A stretch of 64,000 nucleotides of DNA, taken from NCBI GenBank assembly GCA_963743305.1, contig CAVUPH010000012.1:76748-140747 (forward strand), written 5' to 3'. Position numbers and translations under genes: made by a program. Source of the stretch: an uncultured delta proteobacterium. GTDB taxonomy: Bacteria; Desulfobacterota; RBG-13-43-22. This document shows, piece after piece, positions 49,125-58,922 of this stretch; the stretch's first letter is position 1, and every line of letters begins with the position of its first letter. Under the pieces are notes generated by a model that did no database searches, had not been told where the DNA came from, and was given only the letters and a program-made list of their open reading frames with translations.

Positions 49125-52100
49125 ATGGCGAGTGGTGAAAGTGAAAAATGCCTGGTCATTTTTCAGCCCTCAGGATGCCGAGGATATGTCGATAGAGGCA
49201 AGACCCTTAAACAGGCCTCCGTGGCCCTGGGCGTGGATATCGAGGGGGTCTGCGGTGAACAGGCCATTTGCGGAACCTGCAAGGTCCGGATTGAGGAAGG
49301 GGAATTTGAAAAGTACGGTATCCGTTCCGGCCGGGAGAGCATCTCGGCTATGGGCCCCTCTGAAAGAAAATTTTTTAATTTGCGCCAGGTGGATGAAGGC
49401 TATCGTCTGGCCTGTCAGGCCCAGATCCTGGACGACGTGGTTATTTTCGTCCCGGAAGAAAGCCGCATGGGGAAGCAGGTGGTCCGCAAGGCCGCTACCT
49501 CGCGGCCCATGGCCGTCAAACCGGTGGTCCGAAAATATACCCTGTCCCTGGTCAAAGCCACCCTGGAGGATAATGTCGGAGACTGGGAACGGGTGACCGC
49601 GGCCCTGGAGACCCAATACGGGCTCAAGGACCTGACCATCGATTATGAAGCCCTCATGTTCTTGCAGGACCTGGTCCGGCAAGGAGAGTGGAAGATTACC
49701 GTTTCGGTCTGGCACGGCCAGGAGGTCATCCGGGTTGAGCCGGGGTTTAATGAAAAAGGCTACGGCCTGGCGGTCGACGTGGGCACCTCCACGGTGGCCG
49801 GATATCTATGTGATCTGTCCGACGGCACGGTGGTGGCCACCGCCTCCATGATGAATCCCCAGATCGTCTACGGGGAAGATGTCATGTCCCGGATCAGCTA
49901 CACCATGACCAATCCCGAAGGTCTGGAGATCTTAAACCAGGCCATTATCGACGGCCTGAACAATATCGCCGCCGAGGTGGCCGAAAGCGCCGGCATCAAA
50001 CGCCAGGATATCCTGGATATGTCCCTGGTGGGCAATACCTGTATGCATCATATTTACCTGAACATCAATCCCCGCTATATCGGTCGTTCCCCCTTTCCCC
50101 CCAGTCTACATCATTCCCTGGACGTCAAGGCGCGCGATTTCGGCTTCAAGATCCCCCAGGAAAAAGAGCGGGAAGAGAAGGGCAAGTACGCCCCTTGTCG
50201 GGTGGAATGTCCGGCCGGGGTCAATGTAGACGACTTTTTATATCTCATCGCCCAACGCAAATTTAAGGAGGCCCTGGAATTGGTCCGCCTTTCCTACCCC
50301 TTTCCCGGGGTCTGCGGACGGGTCTGCACCCATCCCTGTGAACAAATTTGTGAAAGGGGAAAAGTGGATGAGCCCATCTCCATTCGGGCGGCCCATCGTT
50401 TCCTGGGCGATTTTGAATTGACTGCGGGAAGGGAAAAGGCTACTCCGGTGGAACTGAAAAAAGAGGCCCCCATCGCCGTGGTCGGATCAGGACCGGCCGG
50501 TCTGGCCTGTGCCTATGACCTGATCAATCGAGGATATCCGGTAACGGTTTTTGAAGCCCAGTCCCAGGCCGGAGGAATGATGCGTTACGGCATCCCGGAA
50601 TATCGGCTGCCTAAACGTATTTTGGATGATGAAATCCGTTATATTGAAGAACTGGGCCTGGAGATCAGGACCAATACCCCGGTAAAAAACCTGAAGGATC
50701 TTTTCGATCAGGAGTATAAAGCCGTCTTCCTGGCCACCGGGACCTGGAAAAGTCAAAAATTAAATGTTCCCGGTGAGGAAAGCCCGGGGGTGATGATGGC
50801 CCTCGACCTGCTCCGGGAGGTCAATTCAGGGGCGAAGGTCGAATTAAGCGGAAAAGTAGCCGTGGTCGGAGGCGGCAGCGTGGCCGTTGACGCGGCTCGA
50901 ATGGCCCAACGGCTAGGTGCCCGGGAAGTCCATCTGATCTGCCTGGAGTCCGACGACCTCACCTGCCAAGACCGGATGCCGGCCCAGGATTTGGAAATCG
51001 ACCAGGCCCGCGAAGAGGGTGTGATCGTTCATCCCTCTCTGGGCGTCGGCACCATCGTGGTCGACCAAGGCCGGGTCAGCGCCGTGGAAACCATAGGCTG
51101 TGTATCGGTCTACGATGACCGGGGACGGTTCGCGCCGCAGTTTTCCGAAGAACCGGCTCTCCCTATTGCCGTGGAGACCGTCATTGTGGCCATAGGCCAG
51201 AGGGCCGAAGAAGATCTCTTTCCCGATTTGGCCCGCCAGCCTTCGGGCATCTTCCAGGTGGATGAAAACACCTTTGAGACCAGTGTCCCGGGCGTCTTTG
51301 CCGGCGGAGACGGGGCCAGCGGACCGGCCAATGTCATCCAGGCCGTTCGAGCCGGCAAGGAAGCGGCCATCTCCATTGAACTTTATCTGACCGGAAAGGA
51401 CATGAAGGAAGACCGCCCTAAAGCGCTCAAGGCCGTAGAAGAAATTCCCAAAGAAGGGGTCAGGAAAGAAGCCCGACAGATGGCCCCCGTACTCGCCCTG
51501 GATAAGCGTCAGGGCTTTGACGAGGTGGAAATGGGCTTTGAAGAAGCCCAGGTGATTCCGGAGGCGATTCGCTGCCTCCATTGCGCCGTTTATGCCCAGA
51601 AGGAGGCCTCCGAAGAAAAAGAGGCCCATGGCTGGGGGATCAAGATCGCCCCCGGAGCCTATGTCCATTGCCTGCCGATTGAGGCCGGCTTTGTGGGCGC
51701 CGATAATGTGGGCGTGCTGATTGCCGAAGCCCCTTATCATCAGGACTCCCTGGAGCTGATCATCGATATCGGCACCAACGGAGAAATCATCCTGGGCAAT
51801 AAGGACCGCTTGATCTCCGCTTCCTGCGCCACCGGACCGGCCTTTGAGGGAGCCCAACTGCGTTTCGGTATGCGGGCCGCACCGGGGGCCATTGAAAAGA
51901 TAGCGATCGATAAAGAAACCAAGGAAGTGCGTTTTAAGGTCATCGACGAATCCCGCTGGAACACCGAAATGAAACCGGAGGAAATCAAGGCCAAGGGCAT
52001 TTGCGGATCGGGGATCATCGACGCCCTGCCTCAGCTCTTCCTGGCCGGGGTTATCGACAAATCCGGAAAGTTTAATAAAAATATGGAACACCCCCGCTTA

Positions 52101-52577
52101 CGCTATTCAGGGGATCAATATGAGTATGTCATCGCCTGGGCCCAGGAGACCTCCATCGGCCAGGACGTGGTCGTCTGTCAGGACGACATCCGGGCCATCC
52201 AGCTCGGTAAGGCGGCCATGTACGCCGGCAGCCGAATCCTCATGGAAACCCTGGGTATCGAAAAAGTGGACAAGGTCATATTAGCCGGGGCCTTCGGAAG
52301 CTACATCGACAAACTATCGGCGGCCGTGCTGGGAATGTTCCCGGATTGCGACCCCCAGAATGTCTATTCCGTGGGCAACGCCGCCGGTGACGGGGCCCGG
52401 ATGGCCTTGCTCAATGCGGACAAACGTCTGGAGGCCGATAACTATGCCCGGAAGGTGGAATACATCGAATTGACCCTTTCTCCGAAATTCGAAAAGATGT
52501 TCGCCCATTCCATGTGGATTCCGCACATGAAGGATGCCTTCCCCAACCTGCAGGAATTCCTGCCACCCAAGAAATAA
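49125..52577 (+). CDS. Reductive activator of corrinoid enzymes (2Fe-2S + ASKHA, DUF4445) with inserted GltD/NfnB-like Fe-S flavoprotein module
   Basis: CGEQAICGTC..LACQ; DVGTST; GEDVMSRI; insert APCRVECP..CGRVCTHPC..GSGPAG..GGGSVA..AGGD..RCLHC; then GFVGAD, DIGTNGE, GPAFEG, GICGSG, AGAFG, GNAA. Confidence 0.9.
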   Translation: MASGESEKCLVIFQPSGCRGYVDRGKTLKQASVALGVDIEGVCGEQAICGTCKVRIEEGEFEKYGIRSGRESISAMGPSERKFFNLRQVDEGYRLACQAQILDDVVIFVPEESRMGKQVVRKAATSRPMAVKPVVRKYTLSLVKATLEDNVGDWERVTAALETQYGLKDLTIDYEALMFLQDLVRQGEWKITVSVWHGQEVIRVEPGFNEKGYGLAVDVGTSTVAGYLCDLSDGTVVATASMMNPQIVYGEDVMSRISYTMTNPEGLEILNQAIIDGLNNIAAEVAESAGIKRQDILDMSLVGNTCMHHIYLNINPRYIGRSPFPPSLHHSLDVKARDFGFKIPQEKEREEKGKYAPCRVECPAGVNVDDFLYLIAQRKFKEALELVRLSYPFPGVCGRVCTHPCEQICERGKVDEPISIRAAHRFLGDFELTAGREKATPVELKKEAPIAVVGSGPAGLACAYDLINRGYPVTVFEAQSQAGGMMRYGIPEYRLPKRILDDEIRYIEELGLEIRTNTPVKNLKDLFDQEYKAVFLATGTWKSQKLNVPGEESPGVMMALDLLREVNSGAKVELSGKVAVVGGGSVAVDAARMAQRLGAREVHLICLESDDLTCQDRMPAQDLEIDQAREEGVIVHPSLGVGTIVVDQGRVSAVETIGCVSVYDDRGRFAPQFSEEPALPIAVETVIVAIGQRAEEDLFPDLARQPSGIFQVDENTFETSVPGVFAGGDGASGPANVIQAVRAGKEAAISIELYLTGKDMKEDRPKALKAVEEIPKEGVRKEARQMAPVLALDKRQGFDEVEMGFEEAQVIPEAIRCLHCAVYAQKEASEEKEAHGWGIKIAPGAYVHCLPIEAGFVGADNVGVLIAEAPYHQDSLELIIDIGTNGEIILGNKDRLISASCATGPAFEGAQLRFGMRAAPGAIEKIAIDKETKEVRFKVIDESRWNTEMKPEEIKAKGICGSGIIDALPQLFLAGVIDKSGKFNKNMEHPRLRYSGDQYEYVIAWAQETSIGQDVVVCQDDIRAIQLGKAAMYAGSRILMETLGIEKVDKVILAGAFGSYIDKLSAAVLGMFPDCDPQNVYSVGNAAGDGARMALLNADKRLEADNYARKVEYIELTLSPKFEKMFAHSMWIPHMKDAFPNLQEFLPPKK

Positions 52578-52591
52578 GGAGGAACAGTCAT

Positions 52592-53623
52592 ATGGGAATA
52601 GAAATGAGTGCCAGAGAACGGGTCCTCAAGCTTTTTAAAAAAGAAAAAGTCGATCGCCTGCCGATCTTCAGCGGCATGGGAAATATCACCGTTACGGGTC
52701 TGGAACCCACCCAGTGGAACTTTGCTGAACTGCATCTGGATGCGGAAAAGATGGCTAAAATAGCCGCCTCGACTTCACGGTTGTTTGGTTTTGAATGCGC
52801 GGTGGTCCCTTTTGATATGGGGGTGGAGGCCGAGGCCTTGGGGGCGGGAGTTAATTATTATGCCCATCGCACCGATATCGTCTACCCGACGATTACCAAA
52901 AAATTGGCTGACAAGTTCGATGACTTGAAGATTCAGATACCGGACTGGTCAAAAGCCGGAAGAATTCCTTTGGTAGCCAAGGCCATTCAGCGATTAAAAG
53001 AGGAAGTAGGGGATACCTTGGCCATAGGGGCTTGGGTCCTCGGTCCTTATACCTTGGCCGCTCAGTTGACCGATATGGGAGACCTGGCCAAAGCCGCTCT
53101 GAAGAAGACCGCCCAAGTGGAGGAGGTCTTAATGCAACTGGCCGAGGCGATTATTCAAATAGCCCGAATCTACCGACAGGCGGGCGCCGATTATATTACC
53201 GTCCGGGAAATGGGCGGCGGACCGGATATTATCAGCCCCCGAATATTCAAGAAATTAATTCAGCCCCCCTTGGCCAAAATATTTGCCGCCCTGGAATCAC
53301 CCAAGATCCTGCACATCTGCGGCAGCACCGATATGATTATTGAACAGATGGCCGAGTGCGGGGCCGACGGCTTGAGCGTAGATCAGAAGAACACCCTGGC
53401 TGAAACCAGGAATAAAATCGGATCGGAGATGCTCCTGTTCGGCAACTTTGACCCCTATGGGACCCTGGTTACGATGAACGCCGAGGAAGTGGATCAAGTC
53501 GTCAAAAACTGTTTCGAGGCCGGGATCAACGCCCTCTGGCCGGGATGTGATCTTTGGCCGGATTTAAAAAAAGAGAACTTTCAGGCCCTGATGGCCGCCG
53601 CCCTGAAATATGGGAAACAATAA
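52592..53623 (+). CDS. MtaA/CmuA (URO-D fold) corrinoid methyltransferase 2
   Basis: PFDMGVEAEALG, GRIP, LGPYTLA, LHICG, PGCD. Confidence 0.88.
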   Translation: MGIEMSARERVLKLFKKEKVDRLPIFSGMGNITVTGLEPTQWNFAELHLDAEKMAKIAASTSRLFGFECAVVPFDMGVEAEALGAGVNYYAHRTDIVYPTITKKLADKFDDLKIQIPDWSKAGRIPLVAKAIQRLKEEVGDTLAIGAWVLGPYTLAAQLTDMGDLAKAALKKTAQVEEVLMQLAEAIIQIARIYRQAGADYITVREMGGGPDIISPRIFKKLIQPPLAKIFAALESPKILHICGSTDMIIEQMAECGADGLSVDQKNTLAETRNKIGSEMLLFGNFDPYGTLVTMNAEEVDQVVKNCFEAGINALWPGCDLWPDLKKENFQALMAAALKYGKQ

Positions 53624-53710
53624 CTGTCCTCTGCCCCGGATGCGGCTTGGTTCCCCGTTCGCCAAAGGCCTGGCTCGCTGACTTCAAAGACAGTCTGCTT
53701 TTTTGTCCCT

Positions 53711-53756
53711 CCAGTTAAAAGGGGCCGGGAATTAATTCCCGGCCCCTTTTAACTGG
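53711..53756. terminator. Perfect 46-bp palindrome, likely bidirectional terminator
   Basis: CCAGTTAAAAGGGGCCGGGAATT/AATTCCCGGCCCCTTTTAACTGG between convergent genes. Confidence 0.75.
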
Positions 53757-53856
53757 CGCTAGTCAATGGCGCACCGTCCACTGCCGAAATTCGGGATTAA
53801 GCCCTTTTTCAGGAAATCCTAAAGAAAGGTCTACCCGCCTCCCGATAAACCAGCCG

Positions 53857-54462
53857 TTACTTGGGCGGTTGTTTTTCGATCACTTGAACCTTCATTTCCA
53901 CCCGTTCATTGGGATTGTCCTGCTTGTCCCGGGGCTGGCTGACGATTTTGTCGACCACGTCCATCCCGGAGGTCACCTGGCCGAAGACCGTGTATTGCCG
54001 GTCAAGAAAAGGGGCGTCGGCCACGCAGATGAAAAACTGGGACCCGGCGCTGTCGGGATCGGCCGACCGCGCCATGGAAAGGATCCCCCGTTTGTGGGCG
54101 GTGGGGTTGAATTCGGCCTTCACGCTATAGCCCGGGCCGCCCATCCCGTGTCTTTTCCGATCGGGATCCTTGGTATTGGGATCGCCTCCCTGGATCATGA
54201 AACCCGGAATAACCCGGTGAAAAGTGGTTCCGTCGTAAAATCCTTTTTTGGCCAATTCAATGAAATTATTCACATGATTGGGCGCGACTTCCGGGAAAAA
54301 CTTGAGTTCGATCTTTCCAAACTTGGTTTCAATAACTGCCTTGGTATCCGTCATCTTCTTAATTTCCTCCTTGGAAAAATGTTTAAATCGAGTTTCGGCC
54401 ACAACCAGAACCGGAATCAAGCATAAGGGAATACAAAGAAGTTTTCTCCATAGGCTTTTCAT
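53857..54462 (-). CDS. Cyclophilin-type peptidyl-prolyl isomerase
   Basis: FHRVIPGFMIQGGDP, SMAR, SAGSQFFI, YTVFG. Confidence 0.95.
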   Translation of the reverse strand: MKSLWRKLLCIPLCLIPVLVVAETRFKHFSKEEIKKMTDTKAVIETKFGKIELKFFPEVAPNHVNNFIELAKKGFYDGTTFHRVIPGFMIQGGDPNTKDPDRKRHGMGGPGYSVKAEFNPTAHKRGILSMARSADPDSAGSQFFICVADAPFLDRQYTVFGQVTSGMDVVDKIVSQPRDKQDNPNERVEMKVQVIEKQPPK

Positions 54463-54746
54463 CTGACACTCCTTCATCAAATTTTAGTATGGCTATAGTA
54501 AGGATGCGATTCCAGGCCGTCAAGTAAATTTCATGGAACGAATCTAATTTTCTATCCACCGGTCTTTTAACAGGCCGAAAGGCTGCCGAATTTCTTGTTG
54601 CCCTTGTTCTTCAAAACCTCTACTATAAAAACTAACCAAAAAAGGATGCAGATTTTCACCTCCCGAGATCGGGTATCAATAAGGCGGATTAATAAAAAGA
54701 AAAACCGGTGGCCAAATGATTAGACTACCTTACATAGGGAGGGACT

Positions 54747-55154
54747 ATGGGTTTAATGGATGGACTATTCGAAGGAGTAGCCAATAAATTTTTAGGAGGA
54801 GGGGGATCAAATCCGCTTCTCGGGATGGTCGGCAATCTCCTGTCCGGTTCCCAGGGCGGAGGACTTTCCGGATTGATTCAAAGCTTTAACAGTAAAGGAT
54901 TGGGCGATATCGTATCTTCCTGGATTGGTACCGGGGAAAATCAGCCCATCTCCGGCCGGCAGATCCAGGAGGTCCTGGGCAGCGGCCAGATTCAACAGAT
55001 GGCCGAAAAGCTGGGAACTTCGAGCGAGGAGGTTTCCGGAGGGCTGGCCGGCCTATTGCCCCAAATAATCGACAAGCTGACCCCGGACGGGTCCGTCCCG
55101 GAATCCGGCCTGCTGGAAAAAGCCTTGGGCTTGCTTAAGTCCGGCCTGGCTTAG
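54747..55154 (+). CDS. YidB (DUF937) family protein
   Basis: GLGDIVSSWIGTGENQPIS..LPQIIDKLTPDG. Confidence 0.9.
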   Translation: MGLMDGLFEGVANKFLGGGGSNPLLGMVGNLLSGSQGGGLSGLIQSFNSKGLGDIVSSWIGTGENQPISGRQIQEVLGSGQIQQMAEKLGTSSEEVSGGLAGLLPQIIDKLTPDGSVPESGLLEKALGLLKSGLA

Positions 55155-55225
55155 GGCGGCCTCTATTCTCCGTTATTTAGAAGTTAACAAGATTATGCAA
55201 TAGAAACACAAAAAGGAGGAAACTT

Positions 55226-55870
55226 ATGGAAAGAGATGGTCTGGTATATCGGCATTTCAAGTTGTTTTTCTTACTCACCCTGGTCCTGGCAACCGGCTTA
55301 ATCTTAACCTCCAACCCCGTTCTGGGACAGATGAAAAAACCCCTCGTTGATCTGAACAGCGCCTCTGAAAAAGACCTGGAAGCGCTCCCGGGCGTAGGCC
55401 CGGCAACGGCCAAGAAGATCGTGGCCGGACGCCCTTATAAATCGGCGGATGAGTTGAAAAAAGCCGGTTTAAACAATAAGGTCATTGAATCTTTAAAGCC
55501 TCTGGTGACGGTCGGCCCGGCTTCGTCGGCTCCTGCCCCCACCAAGGTCGCCACCCCCGCTGCCCCGCCTAAAGAAATCCCGGTTGTCAAAGAAAAAGCC
55601 GCCAAAGAGCCAGCGGCCAAGGGGAAAGCCTCCCAGGAACCCGCGGGAAAGGGAAAAACCCCGGCGCCAGTCAAACTGGCGCCCGGTCAAAAGGTGAACC
55701 TCAACTCGGCCGACAAGGCCACGCTGGAAGCCTTGCCGGAAATAGGACCGGTCCTGGCCCAAGCTATCATCGATGGTAGGCCTTATTCCAAAATCGAGGA
55801 TGTGATGAAGGTGAAGGGGATCAAGGAAGGCAAGTTCGGCAAGATTAAGGATTTGATTACCGTAAAATAA
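55226..55870 (+). CDS. ComEA-like protein with two helix-hairpin-helix domains
   Basis: VDLNSAS..LPGVGP and VNLNSAD..LPEIGP separated by an Ala/Pro/Lys linker; N-terminal signal. Confidence 0.85.
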   Translation: MERDGLVYRHFKLFFLLTLVLATGLILTSNPVLGQMKKPLVDLNSASEKDLEALPGVGPATAKKIVAGRPYKSADELKKAGLNNKVIESLKPLVTVGPASSAPAPTKVATPAAPPKEIPVVKEKAAKEPAAKGKASQEPAGKGKTPAPVKLAPGQKVNLNSADKATLEALPEIGPVLAQAIIDGRPYSKIEDVMKVKGIKEGKFGKIKDLITVK

Positions 55871-56016
55871 TGAATTTCCCCTTCTCCTGGAGAGAAGAAT
55901 TCATAAGGGGAGCAGCGTTCCCACTCCCCGTCGACCGCCAAAAACAGCGGCCTACGGGGAGTGCCCTTCCTAAACCCATTCAGTTCCCAAACTAACCGTT
56001 CAAAAATCTGGTTACC

Positions 56017-57084
56017 GTGGCTTTCCCCATCGATAAGAAAATAGTTTTTTTCGGCTGTCTCCTGGACAGCGACGAACGTTACGATGCCTTGCAGGAGAAG
56101 CTCGCTGCAATAGACCGGGGGGAAGCCTTTATCGACCCTTATCAGTCCGTTCTCTCCCTGGCCACCCGTGAGGTGGACCCTAACCGCTGGGAATCCAAGG
56201 GACTGATCCCCATCCCGGACTGGCTTCACCCTCTTCCGCCGGATTCCGCCAAACCCCGATTGACCACCTCCGAGATCATCACCTTTATCGACCGGAACGG
56301 CTGCCGGGAGACGGCCGAGGATGCCGGCCGGTTTGTTGAAGAAAAAGTCTTCCCCCATATCCCCTGCCTCATTGCCGTGGACCATTGTCTGACGGGAGAA
56401 GTCTACCGTCGGGTGGCGGAGAGATACGCCCCGGAAGAAACGGCCCTGGTCATCCTGGATTCCCACACCGATGCGCTGCCCATGAGTATCCTGGCCCCCG
56501 CCGTCCAGTATGATGCGGAAAATAACCCTCAGTCAGTGCATGATCCCGAAGACCCCCTGTTATACGATCGGCCCGATTCGTATAATGCCGGGTCCTTTCT
56601 TTATCACCTGCTGATCGACGGGGTGGTCCTCCCCCGGAACCTTTACCTCCTGGGAATCAGCGATTATCCCCCCAAACAGGCCTTCCGCCTGAAAGATGAA
56701 CGGATAAAGAATTTCGTTCATTTCTACCGGGAATTAAAAAATGCCGGAGTGAACCTGGTAACCAAGGACGAACTTTTGAATTCGCCCTCTCGGACACGCC
56801 GAATCCTGGAGGGAATTAAAATGCCGAACCTCTATGTTTCGGTGGATATGGATATCGGGGCCCGCAATGCCCTCGAAGGCGTCCGCTTCCTGGACCGCCA
56901 GGGTCTCGACGAACCGCAGTTTTTTCGACTGATTGGATATCTGAGGGAGGTTTTGGATAGAGGCGTGAAGCTGGCCGGGCTGGACCTGACCGAATTCAAT
57001 CCCCGGAAGGCGGGTCTGGATCAAACCTACCCCATTGCCGCCCAAATAATCAAGCAACTCCTGGCGACGGTTTTTTCCTCTTAG
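56017..57084 (+). CDS. Arginase/ureohydrolase family protein (divergent)
   Basis: AVDH, LDSHTD, SVDMD and TEFNP metal-ligand motifs. Confidence 0.78.
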   Translation: MAFPIDKKIVFFGCLLDSDERYDALQEKLAAIDRGEAFIDPYQSVLSLATREVDPNRWESKGLIPIPDWLHPLPPDSAKPRLTTSEIITFIDRNGCRETAEDAGRFVEEKVFPHIPCLIAVDHCLTGEVYRRVAERYAPEETALVILDSHTDALPMSILAPAVQYDAENNPQSVHDPEDPLLYDRPDSYNAGSFLYHLLIDGVVLPRNLYLLGISDYPPKQAFRLKDERIKNFVHFYRELKNAGVNLVTKDELLNSPSRTRRILEGIKMPNLYVSVDMDIGARNALEGVRFLDRQGLDEPQFFRLIGYLREVLDRGVKLAGLDLTEFNPRKAGLDQTYPIAAQIIKQLLATVFSS

Positions 57085-57105
57085 CCGGGTTTAAAAGAAA
57101 GACGC

Positions 57106-57169
57106 TTTGCTCTTTTGGGTGGGTACCCCCCAGATCTGGTCTTGTGGCCACCCATCCGAAAGGGCGAAC
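57106..57169. repeat. Short, internally deleted copy of the palindromic element
   Basis: CTTTTGGGTGGGTACCCCC..TGTGGCCACCCATCCGAAAGGGCGAAC. Confidence 0.75.
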
Positions 57170-57369
57170 TATAAAGAAAGTGAGGCTCGATCGTTTGGGA
57201 TATCTTCTCCTTGAGGTTAACATCCTGCACTCTTTTGGCGACAGATTCGCATTTCAGACCTTTAAATCTTTTATATTCACCCAAAATCAATGTCAAGGAT
57301 CTGAGGATTAATAAAAATTTCCAGCAAATAGACCTTGCCTTCAACTTCTTTTTTGATAGAATTATTCCC

Positions 57370-57489
57370 GGTGAGCATTGACTGCTGGTCCAAATACCGG
57401 GATTGAGACCCTGCCTCGGGGCGTCAGGACCAGATCCTGATCATCAGGAGCGCCATCTCATTTGCCGCGATGCTCACCACTTTTTTTTT
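57370..57489 (+). ncRNA. Candidate structured small RNA
   Basis: TTGCCT-N16-TAGAAT upstream; closing stem GGTGAGCATTG/CGATGCTCACC; inner stems; T9 tail. Confidence 0.45.
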
Positions 57490-57494
57490 GACTC

Positions 57495-57808
57495 TTCGCC
57501 CTTTTGGGGGGGTATCCCCCAGATCTGGTATGGCCGTGGGGTCTCGGTGAAAGGGTTTTCCAGAATTACTCCGGACTTTGAATCCGGGCCGAAGTTACTA
57601 ATTTTATTTAAAGCAGGCCCATACTCAGAGTATTTTGATGCCTCCTGGGCTGGCCCTGCCTCCTGGAAAATTTGAAAATAAGAGGGCCGGGTTAGAACCT
57701 AAAAAGCGATATGGAAAACCCTTTCACCGAGACCCCACGGCCACGGAGGCCCGAATTCAGGTTAATCTGCCCTATATTGTGGCCACCCACCCAAAAGGGC
57801 GAACAACC
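57495..57808. repeat. ~310-bp palindromic element, copy B
   Basis: Colinear with 33975-34290; perfect 31-bp inner IR at 57532-57562 and 57712-57742. Confidence 0.85.
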
Positions 57809-57840
57809 ACTTTTTTGACCAGGAGATTGGAAAAAAAAAG

Positions 57841-58643
57841 ATGAATGGTACCAGCACCTTCCCCTATCTGGACCTACGGGAAGTCAGCTTTGCACTAAAC
57901 GGGACCCGGATACTGGATACCGTTTCCTGGAAAGTTGAACCCGGGGAACACTGGGCTATCCTCGGGCCCAACGGGGCCGGGAAAACGACCCTGCTCAAAA
58001 TTGTCTGCGGCTATCTCTGGCCCAATGCCGGGGGAGCGGTTTATCGAAAAGGGGAAACGTTAATCGACTTGAGTCAACTGCGGCGAAGCATCGGCTGGGT
58101 GACCTCCACCCTGGCCGACGAGATACCTGTCCGGGAATCGGTGCTGGACACGGTCGTCTCCGGGAAATATGCCCAGATCGGTCTGCTCGAATACCCGTGG
58201 GAACCCATCCCGGCTCAGGTTTATGAAAAAGCGCGAGCCTGCTTGAGGGAACTGGGCTGCGAAGCCTTGACCTCCCACCCCTTCGGGACACTCTCTCAGG
58301 GCGAACAGCAGAAGGTCCTGGTCTGCCGGGCTCGGATGACCGACCCCTACCTCATTATTCTGGATGAGCCCTGCGCGGGTATGGATCCGGGAGCGCGGGA
58401 ACTTTTCTATCCTCCCTTTCGGCCATTCAAGCTATCAAGGGACTTCCCAGTCTGGTCTACGTCACCCACCACGTGGAAGAGATTTTGCCCTTATTCAAAA
58501 AAACTTTACTCCTGAAGAGCGGCCGAATCATCCGCAGCGGAGTTACGGAGGAGGTGCTTTCCGCCTCAACCCTGAAGCAACTCTACGGCGTTTCCCTGCA
58601 GTTACTAAAAAAGAAGGGCCGGTACTGGCCTATTCCGGAGTAA
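57841..58643 (+). CDS. ABC ATPase (ModF/YlmA-like), -1 frameshift near 58403
   Basis: GPNGAGKTT, LSQGEQQ, LDEPCAG, then VTHHVEEI in the shifted frame. Confidence 0.82.
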
Positions 58644-58662
58644 CCCCAAGCCTTTCATATCC

Positions 58663-58763
58663 GGTCGTTCGCCCTTTTGGGTGGGTAGGCCTCATATCCG
58701 GCAAAGGCCAGATTTTGAGTTAAACTGCCCAAGAATGTGGCCACCCACTCAAAAGGGGACACC
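58663..58763. repeat. Short copy of the palindromic element
   Basis: GTTCGCCCTTTTGGGTGGGT...TGTGGCCACCCACTCAAAAGGG. Confidence 0.75.
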
Positions 58764-58922
58764 ATAACCCAAAACCGAGGATTCTTCCCTGTGGCCATTT
58801 TTGATCGTTCTTCTCCTAATCATCGGCGTTCTATTCGCTCTCTTGTATTTTTGGGGGAGGGAAGAGCCGAAATCCTCTTAGCTGAGTATTTATCTTCAGT
58901 CAAAAATTTGAAAAATTTTTGA

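Noticed and set aside
50137-51647. Intein or mobile element within the RACE gene
   Set aside because: No intein terminal residues or endonuclease motifs; the insert is a flavo-Fe-S oxidoreductase module.
28129-53623. Selenocysteine or pyrrolysine readthrough in redox or methyltransferase genes
   Set aside because: No in-frame TGA or TAG was seen interrupting a recognisable domain.
57370-57480. tRNA, SRP RNA or fluoride riboswitch
   Set aside because: No T-loop or anticodon arm, no SRP tetraloop motif, and only fragmentary GAUGG/CUGAUGA matches on the minus strand.
4401-58643. Frameshifts in at least seven genes as programmed frameshifting or mass pseudogenisation
   Set aside because: They are isolated single-base indels in otherwise intact genes, with no slippery-site pattern and a cluster at 22.7-24.2 kb. 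Assembly error is the simplest reading; reads are needed to confirm.
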